In this document: piece by piece, positions 55,258 through 64,000 of the stretch
Numbering within the stretch: the first letter of the stretch is position 1
Layout of the letters: each line of letters starts with the position of its first letter
NCBI RefSeq assembly: GCF_036321535.1
Contig: NC_087447.1
Location: forward strand, 36,892,001-36,956,000
Source: Camelus dromedarius
Lineage: Eukaryota
Length of the DNA: 64,000 nucleotides
Direction of reading: 5' to 3'
Notes under the pieces: model-generated
The model's database searches: none
Told to the model about the DNA's origin: nothing
Seen by the model: only the letters and a program-made list of their open reading frames with translations
Program-made: the position numbers and the translations under genes

Positions 55258-55409
55258 TTCTAGATCATGGAATACATGTACATACAGTGTGTGTTTTAGC
55301 TGTATTCACCTTAACTTTAGGAACAGCCTTCACTGATTAAACATGTTAAACAGAAATGACTATTGGCTTTATTCTATTTGAATTAAAGAGCAAAAAGTTA
55401 ATAAAATTA

Positions 55410-55760
55410 TATTACTTATGTTTATACCTCAATACAAAAAAATTGGGTCATTTGCAATGATACATACACTAAAACAACATAAAAACTAAATAGAGAGGAG
55501 ACAGTAAGAAAGAAAAATTAAGACTAGGAAAGTGGGATAAATAAGATAAAGCTGGGGTAAGGTAAATGCACAAAATTCATGTCATACTGATATTTACATA
55601 ATTGTTAGAGATGGGCCACAGACTTGATCATGAGCTTCTTGGTAACCAAGCAAAAAGAAAATGTGTCACAAGATCCGCAGTATTTCTACTATGTAAGTAA
55701 AGCAGTCTGTCAGGAGAAACATGAATTTTCTCCTGTAGGTCCTCAGAAAAGCTTGTTCCA
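55410..55760 (-). mobile_element. L4 (RTE-X) LINE relic
   Basis: aataagataaagctggggtaaggt...cacaaaattcatgtcata...tagagatgggccacagacttgatcatgagcttcttggtaaccaagcaaa resembles the recalled L4_Mam consensus. Confidence 0.5.
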
Positions 55761-57924
55761 CACTCAAGAATGTTCCTACAATATCCAGTTTGAGAACTAC
55801 AATAATTTTGCAAGTCATTTCTTAACAGACTTTGTCATTTAGCTTTTGGACCCATCCATTTTACCTAGCTTTCTCCCCTTGGTTTGGGTATTGTGACTGA
55901 ACTGTATTCTTCTTTAGCCTATGAACATACTTTTACTTTTTTTCAATTTTATTTCATTTTAATTATGTGCTTATTATATACAAAGGATAGTATTGGACTT
56001 GTGGAGTGAAAGGTAACCAGCGTTCAATCTTGGCCTTCCAAGTTAATATCTCAGAGCCTTACTTTTCTCAGCTATAAAAATGTCAGGATTTGAGAATTAA
56101 ATGATACAATGTTCAACCTCCTAGCAAATGTCTTATATACATATTAGATATTTAATAAATATTTCCTCCCTCTTTCCTTGTCTCCCTCCTCTCTTTCTCT
56201 CTCCCTTCCCCTTCCTCTCCTCTGACTGTTCTTCCTCCCTTCTTAGCTTCTCCATCCACTTGATTAAGGTTGTGGATAAAAGCAAAAGATCTGAAGTTTA
56301 GACTGCCCCAGTTTCTCCATCTAAGAAATGGGAATATTCATAGTTTCTTAGTACAAGGGATTGTTGTGAAGAGTCAATAAAATAATCCATGTACCAGGCC
56401 TCATCCAATGCCTGACATGTAATTGATAGAAAGGCAGGCTGAAATAGATCATTGCCATGGCTGGTTTAGGTTTAGCTTTATAGATAATTGTGAGCCATTA
56501 AAAGTGTTTGTGGATGGGACACATTCTGAACTACATTTTAAGAATAGCATGGAAGTTTAAAGAAAGGACAGGAGAGACCTTTAGAAAAATGTGGAAAAGT
56601 ATAAAGAACATGTGTTTTGGAGTCCAGTTGAGTTGGACTTCAGATTCTGATTCTATTGCTCACTAGCTCTGTAGCCTCTCTGTGCCTCAGTGCCCTCAAA
56701 TCTGGTTAATAATAGTTCCATTGATTGTTGGGGAATTAACCAAAAACTTATAAGCCAAATGCCTAGGATGCCTTTTAAAAAAAAATCCTTCCCTTCTCTT
56801 TTGTAGAATTTCTGAGAGCATTTCTGTAGGTAGAGCTCCACTTGAAATTTATCTAGATCTACCTTAGATTCTTCTGCGTTCTTACCCTTCCCCAACTTAG
56901 AGCCAGTACTAATGTCATGGAAGCAGGACTTTCCCTGTGGAAAGATAGCCAACATGCAGAAGAAGGGTATGTTACAAATTTAGTGTCAAGTGTATCACCC
57001 CACATAAGAAAATTCATAAAATATTCCTGAAGAATTCTCAGTCTCCAAAGTAGATCAGTCATACCTAGATAGCCTGCAGGATCCATTCAATGTACTAAAC
57101 AATTTTAAAATATCTGAGCTGCAGAAAATTCAAAACACATGTCAGAAAATTTTCAGTTATTTTTTAAAATGCACATTAAAGAAAATATATATAGCTATGA
57201 TTCTCAATGGAATAAAAATATTGGGTTTCAAGTCAGTTGATTGCAGACAAGTTTTTAAAGGTAAGACTTAGACCATTTAAATGACAAATCATATTTTTAA
57301 AAACCTATAAAACTTGAACCTTTAAAGTTGGGTTCAGTTTAAAATACAGCCTTAGGAAGGTCAAGGAGATTCTAAACTATTTTCCTGTTTTCACAAAGCT
57401 TCTTGAGACAATACAACCTGCCTCCTACGTCCAACAAAGAATCTGTATGGATTCCTATTTTTAGACTTCTCAGAGAGATGTAAGTACCACTTCAAAACAC
57501 ACTTTGAGGAATTGGATCCACCTAGATTTCCCTGGGCGGGAAGGTGGGTGCTTTGCTTAAAGCCATGTGAACTTTCACCAGACTTCAGCTTCCTGTTTCA
57601 TAGATGTTGGCTTCTTACATCCTGAAAGTTTTCCTCAGCGACCTTTGCCCTGAGAATTAGGGATCTAATGTTTGCTCTGTCTCTGAATTTCCGGGGACCC
57701 TACCAAGACCCCTTAATCTATTTCCACTTTTACATAATACTCATCATCACAATAAGTTGACCGTATTTTCTCTGGCCCAACGAAAAATCTTTTCCTCTCG
57801 GAGATACGAAGTTATGAATTTTTTTCATTTTTATAGAAGTATAGTAAAAACTGGCATATTCAACACCCTCTCAACAGAAACAGCACTAGCCAGCATTTCT
57901 TCAGGCTATCAAGCTATTAGATAA

Positions 57925-58095
57925 TTGGATCAGAGCCGAAAGAGCCCCAGAGATCATTCAGTATAGCCCCACATTTTACCGACGGGGAAACCGCAGTGGA
58001 GAGAAGTGAAGTGATTTGCTCAAATCTGACAACCAGGCAAGGGCGAGACTGGGACCAGACCCCGTGTCCCTGGCACTCCGGCCTGTGTGCTTTCC
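57925..58095 (-). mobile_element. MIR SINE relic, unusually CpG-rich
   Basis: agagatcattcagt...cattttaccgacggggaaaccgcagtggagagaagtgaagtgatttgctcaa. Confidence 0.75.
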
Positions 58096-58874
58096 AAATC
58101 CTAGGGTAAGGTTTACACGCTCCTAAGGTGTTTATGGTGGTGACTCTGAAGCATCACAATGTATCAGAGTGCTAAATTCAGTCTTCGTGCTGCTTATGCT
58201 GTTGCATTATAATCCTTGCCAGTAGTGGTGCCAAGTGTGGTGCTAAATCACGGATGATGACCCGACTAACCAGAACATTTGGTTAAATGAAACATTTCAT
58301 TTTCCAGACACGCCTGGCACACAGTAGGCTTTCATCATGTTAGCTGATATCGGTGGATGCCAGTAACAGAATTTTCTGTGTTTATATTTTATATGCAAGT
58401 TTAGTTCCCTATAGCTCAAAATTTTTTTTAAGACTTGCTTAAGCCTTTGTAGCAATGGATGAAGTAGATCATACTCTCACTCTCTCTTTTCCTAAGAGCT
58501 TTCTTGCTGGTCGCAGTTTTAGGAACATGATAATAATAACAACCACTTAAATGTCTACATTTTAAAAATTTGTATGAGAAGCGTTTTTTTCCACACTTAT
58601 TTTCACACTGAATCCCAACAGCCATCCTTAGAGGTGAAATTTTGATTATTCCCCTTTTACAGATGAGGATGAGGTTCAGAGCTCAAATCATTTGCTTATG
58701 TTTATACAGATAATATCAAAGTTGAGACTCTTCAAAGTCCCTGCTTTCAAATTTCACATTGTTTCCACAGTAGCCAATGGTCTTGACCTTCTGCCCTAAT
58801 ACCAACCTCTGCCCACGTGTTCTGGTGGGTTCTGAATACAAGCTGAGAAACCACACGTTAGCTCTGGTTGTACA

Positions 58875-59320
58875 TGAGTGTGTGTGCGTGTGAGTGTGCT
58901 CTATGTATGTGCATCTCTGTGAGCACTAATGTGTCTTTCTTATTGTGGGTATGAATCTGTGTGTGAATCTGTCTCTCTGGGTGAATCTCTGCTCCCCGTG
59001 TGTAACTTTCTGTCACGTCTGACTTTCTGTATGTGTGTGCATGTGTGTGTGTTCTGGAGTCTGAATCTGAGGGAAGAGCTATCTGTGTGTGGCTGTCTGT
59101 GTGCATCCCCGAGTGTGCCTGTGTATTTGTCAGTATCTCTTTGTGTCTGTGTGTCTATCTGAATGCAAGTCTATGTGGGTCTGTGTGTCTACAGGCATGC
59201 CTGTGTGTCTGTGTCTGTGTCTTTCTCTCAGTCTGTGTGTTGGTGCGTCTGTGTCCATTGTCCTAGGTGTGTATGTGTTTGTGTACTAGTGTACGCATGT
59301 CTGCCTGTGTAAGTCTCTGC
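58875..59320. repeat. Degenerate (TG/TC)n simple-repeat region
   Basis: About 450 bp of interrupted tgtgtg/tgtctg; it explains several overlapping Cys/Val/His-rich spurious ORFs. Confidence 0.88.
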
Positions 59321-59896
59321 ATACGAATACTGCTCTTTTCTTTATGGACTTAGATATTGATATACTTGATTATTCTCACTGCCAGCTTGTAGCTATAGGC
59401 TGGGTATGAAGAATATATATGAAAACTCTGCACGTAGATGTATTTTATGCCTTCTTTCCATTACTGTTTCCCTCTCAGCATTGTCTTAAATCTGGTTGTC
59501 AAAATGTGCCATTGGGAGCACTGTGGCCGAGGTTCACTTTTAGCTCAGATCCAGTTTGCAGTCTTTGACATTTGCAACTAAGATTAGAATTTCCCAAAGT
59601 GCCGTCTTCCCACTATGGATGGAAATGCCTGCTTTTATTTTTGGTGCAACCCTGATTTGCCCTTTATATCTTTTTATAAATGATGTCAACAGCAGTGGCC
59701 CTGAAACAACACAAGGGGTGTCTTGTTCAGTGCATTGCCCACTAGTTTTAGTTCCCTGTGCCCTCTAGGCTGTGGGAGTCCCCTGTAGTTTTCAATGAAG
59801 AAGATCACTCTAATATTGTCTTCTTCCCATATGGAGGATCTATGTAAATTTTATGAAAAGAGAAACCATAAATTTTGGGTCTTTTTGTCTATGTTG

Positions 59897-59972
59897 TTAT
59901 TAAAATATAATATTAATATTAAAATATTAACATTTAATTAATATTAAAATTAATTAATAATTGACATTAATT
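59897..59972. repeat. AT-rich low-complexity tract (attaat/aatatt units)
   Basis: Almost exclusively A/T, read directly. Confidence 0.85.
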
Positions 59973-60204
59973 TGTTCCTCTGTAAAAGGGGGAGAAGAAG
60001 GCAAGCGTCTTCTCTAAAGAAAAATTTTAGTAAACTCATTAATAAACCACATCAGTTTATCAAGACCTTTATATTCTTGTAAGCAGATGAATTCACCGAT
60101 TTAAATAACACTTCTACAAGAGGGTTGATAACAGGTTTAGTCTTTCTTATTCTGGACTACTCATTTGATTGTCATAAAATGATTTCCCCAGGTCTATGCA
60201 GAAC

Positions 60205-60470
60205 ACTGGTGATGGAATGAGGAACAGGGCTCTTTGAAATCAGTCATATCCAGGACCAAAACTCAGCTTCACAGACTAATTGGTGATCTTCTTACTTCAA
60301 TGTCACCAGTATAACTAGCTATGTTCCCTGGGGCCTGTTACTTTTCTGTGTCTTTGTGAACTCCCTTGGAAGGTAGAAATGATAAGTATACCATACAAAA
60401 TTGTGGAAAAAATTAAATAAGAGATTGTACATGATGTAAGGCCAGTGCAGACAAATATTATTCTGGCTCC
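60205..60470 (+). mobile_element. MIR SINE relic
   Basis: ggtgatggaatgaggaacagggctctttgaaatcag...actagctatgttccctggggcctgttactt...aaattaaataagagattgtacatg. Confidence 0.65.
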
Positions 60471-61829
60471 CTTATTGTCATTTGCAACCACATGACATAA
60501 CAGGACATTAGGTTGAAAGTGCTCACCATCAGACATGTGGGGCTTATGGTAGAGACTTGGGATCCAGAGAAATAATGACAAGTCACTTTCTGCCTTGAAA
60601 GGAAAATATAATCTGATTTGGGAAATAGGACAAATGCATAAACAGGAACCTGACAATGTGGGGTCCAAGTGCCCAAGGAGTGAAAGGAGCTGCAAGGGCA
60701 GTTGAGCTCATGAAGATCAAAGAGACCCTGTCAATCCATGACTGGGGTGGGAGGAGAGGGTCTGCGTGCAGGAAAGAACTGAAATGCCTCAAAGAAAGGA
60801 CGGGAAGGGTAGAGTATGGCGAGGGACGTGAGCAGCAGGCGGGGCCCTCGCATCAGTCTGGATGGGGCATGGCGCTCCCCATGTGGGGAATGATGGCTGA
60901 TGGACAGTTCCCTCAGGAGAGGACTGGGCTCTCGGTTCAAGATGGGACAGGGTTCAGATGACAGAAGCCTTTTATGTCTGGCTAAGGAATGTAGCCCAGA
61001 GCTTGTGTGTGTATATCTGTGTGTGGGGGGTGTTTTGTGGGGGAGATGAATGCTAATTGTGCTGGTGCTGGTGCTGGCTGAGGTAAATTGAGTGCATTTC
61101 TCTGTATAAATAAGCATGGAGAAATTCAACCTGTTTGTTACATGAAAACTGTAGAAGCAAATGCTAAGTGATTCTCTTCTCGGGGGGAGAAATCTTAGGG
61201 TGGTATGGGATTGTAAATCCAAATTAAAAAACTGAAATAATTAACATTAATTTATAGGCATTTATAGATAATAAATACTTCTAAATAAAAAAAACCTCAT
61301 TTATGAGATAGAGATTATTGTCATCCTCCATTACAGATTAAAAAACAAAAAATACTGAGAATCATGAAAGGAACTCTGTGTTCAAACACCAGCTCTTCTC
61401 TATATGGATTCTCTCCTTTCTGCCGCACCACGCTGCTAGGTTACTATTACTGGTAACTTGAAGGAAGAGTCTGTGCCTTACTCTTTGCTGTTTCCCTAAC
61501 ACTGAGCCAAAAATGCTCAGTCATTATTCATTGATTGCTCGCTTGTGGCTACAGACCAGTCTTTGGAAGAAATAGTTACTCTTATGGGGATAAAAATTTA
61601 TTTTCATCTGAGTCTGTGCTTTTGTGTGTGTCTGGCCTTCCTCAGACAGAGGAAATTCACATTGTAGGAGAGTTGCTTCTCACTGGACTGTAGTTAGAAG
61701 AATTTTGAAGTCTTTTTTTATCTGTCCCAGTTACTCTGCCTCACTGCTGCCTTCCCTTCTTCTGTTTTGGAGGCTGTTGATCAGTTTCCCACAGTCTCTG
61801 CCTCTGGCTCCTTGTATATATGAGAGTAT

Positions 61830-61985
61830 ATTTCTGTCCTTTCCTTTCTGTCCCCCTAACCTCCTTCCTACTCTGTTTCCCCATCTCTCTCCACTGCCTG
61901 ATTCCCTCCCTCTTCTTCCTCCTTGCCCTCCCCTCTTTCCCTTCTTTCTTCCCTCCTTTTTTCACTTCTTGCCTTTCATTTTTAC
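61830..61985. repeat. CT-rich polypyrimidine low-complexity tract
   Basis: Read directly; it underlies ORFs 61624-62115 and 61741-62262. Confidence 0.8.
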
Positions 61986-64000
61986 TGCAGTCTTGCAGCC
62001 TACTGCAGTTAGGGCGCAGTCTCTGACCACCAATGAAGATTTTTCTCCAAGTTCCTGTAGTTCCAGGGGCACCTGCTGTCTCTGCATTCTTCCATGGCAG
62101 GGCTCTGGTGTGTAACACCTGCATCTTCCTAGCCTCCTCCCGGGTAACAAGAGATCCTGAGCGTGCATCTCCAAGGATAGGGCCTCTACAACTCTGCCTA
62201 AGAACTGACCATACATGAAGGAGGTGGCATAGCCTCGGGAGGCTGACAGACAACCAATACAAATTTATTCAGAATCGAATGCTGATTTTATTTATTAAAG
62301 TGACAATGCAATAAAGTCTTAGAACTGAATAGCTCCAGAAAGCTAAATGTATAAAATAGTTTTACAAGGCTTTGGAAGCCAACTTAGATCCTGATCTTCC
62401 TAATTTCATGACCTGTACCTAGAAATGAGTCAAGTCTCGTAAGTTAAGCTGTGCAAAAGAGTAATCAACGTTCAGCTTGGGTTTTAAATCTGAAGATCTT
62501 CCTTTTAGGCCTACCTCTGACTCATCATCTGTGCGGTCCCTGGGAAGTCTCTCGTACTGAGCCTCAGTATATTCTGTAAAATTAGGATGATCATACCTCA
62601 CAAATGGGATAAGTGTGTAAAAGGACTTTACAGTTTATAAGATGCTGGTGGTCACCAAGGCTGAGTGTGGGCCGTGTTTATTGTGTGAGGAGCAGGGTAA
62701 CTAACTCAGTGATTTCCACTTCGAAGGGAAGTTTTAAGCTGTGTGCCTTCTGTCTCCTGTTTTACTGGAATAGGTTAGACTCAAAGCTGCCTTAGGCTGA
62801 TAGCATAAATAAGTAGCGTGTCATCACTTTTATTCCATAAATAAAACAATTTTTTGTTTATCTTCTTTGTGGGTGGTGGTGGGAAGGAGAGGATGTAGAA
62901 AGGAAACGAAGTCTATTTGAAGTAAATCAGGTCTGTTGTACCAAACATCTCTGGAGTTTATAGGAAGCATTTATTTTTTTCTGAAAGAATTAGCTGAGGA
63001 CTAAGAATTAGCTAAATGTAGATGGATTTACTTACCAGCGTGGTACAGCAAGATCATGACAGGCTGCGTGAGTTAACGAATTTCACCTGGTTTGTACAGA
63101 TCAGTTTTTCAGAATCATTTCTGTAAATGTAGAATTTTAAAAGGCAACTTAACGAGATAAAAATTGTCTAGATGTGATATTTGAAGGAATATTTAATACT
63201 TATTTATCTTCAAGTAGAGACTATACTAAAGAATGAAGTTTGCAGTCAAATCAGTTTATCGGAAGGAAAAATATGATTGTTTAGAATGATGGACAATGAA
63301 TTTTAAAGCAACTTGAAGTATAAGGATGAGTGCTATAAATACATTAACTGGTCTTCAAGGGAAAACTAATATTAAACCAAACAGTATCAAATAGATTTTA
63401 TTTATGTTAAGACTTGTTTATTTGGTCTGAGCAATCTAATAATCTAGAGCTTCGTATCATATTACCAAAAAGAAAACACAACACATAACTTGAAGCCTTA
63501 TATAAATTACACATTTTAATATACTAGTCCTGATGCAGCCAAGAAGGCTGGCCAGCCTATCAGCAGTTTTGTCTTGTTTTTTTTTTTACTTACTATTTTT
63601 TTGGTCACTTCAGCTATGGAAAACTAAAATGTTAATCATAAATACGAATATATTTTACGTAATCAGTAAAAAGATTTAGTTTTGTTTTTAGATTGAGCTC
63701 TCCTTTGTGCCAAAAAAAATGCAGTAGAGTTCAATAAAAGAGAAAATCTTAAAACTTTGTACCTTGTGTAATTGTCATGCTCATGATCTTTCCTTGTTGC
63801 TAAGTAGTCTGAAAGTACCACTAAAAATTCTACAGAGATCTAAGAACTCTGCTAACTATGATGTTCGCATGGGAAGTTATTTCTTTTATGAGGAACTGTT
63901 TTCTTCCTTGAGACTGTGCAAATCCATTGTAGTTAACTGTCTTTAGACAACCTTTGGGATTGAGTGAACAATCCCTCTGCCTTGTATCGTGTCCTGGTTA

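Noticed and set aside
58858..59289. Overlapping Cys/Val- and His/Thr-rich ORFs
   Set aside because: Translation of a TG-rich simple repeat.
60315..62262. Long ORFs of 101-173 aa on both strands
   Set aside because: They lie over repeat-derived, purine-rich or CT-rich low-complexity DNA with few stop codons; no recognisable domain.

Overview
Mammalian genomic DNA lying entirely inside the SOX6 gene (+ strand). Five internal coding exons are recoverable with canonical AG/GT boundaries and consistent phases: 10249-10328, 11811-11933, 38093-38242, 44186-44369 (alternative donor 44411) and 47369-47556. They encode the central part of SOX6 (CtBP-binding PLNLSS motif, second coiled-coil region); the HMG-box exons are not in the window. 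The rest is AT-rich intron containing L1, L2, L4, MIR, MaLR LTR and DNA-transposon (MER20, MER113, Tigger1-derived) relics. A tRNA-derived SINE resembling camelid Vic-1, an artiodactyl-type L1 3' end and a Tigger1a_Art-like element suggest an artiodactyl, probably a camelid. Repeat family names and comparisons to human/mouse SOX6 come from recall, not searches, and repeat boundaries are approximate. I see no convincing new multi-gene system. The best leads are a candidate 9-nt in-frame microexon (15644-15652), a CpG-rich patch with an in-frame candidate terminal exon or internal promoter (about 22.0-22.3 kb), a triple TEAD-motif/G-quadruplex microrepeat (49027-49058), and a cluster of A/T-to-G/C amino-acid changes in the PLNLSS exon.
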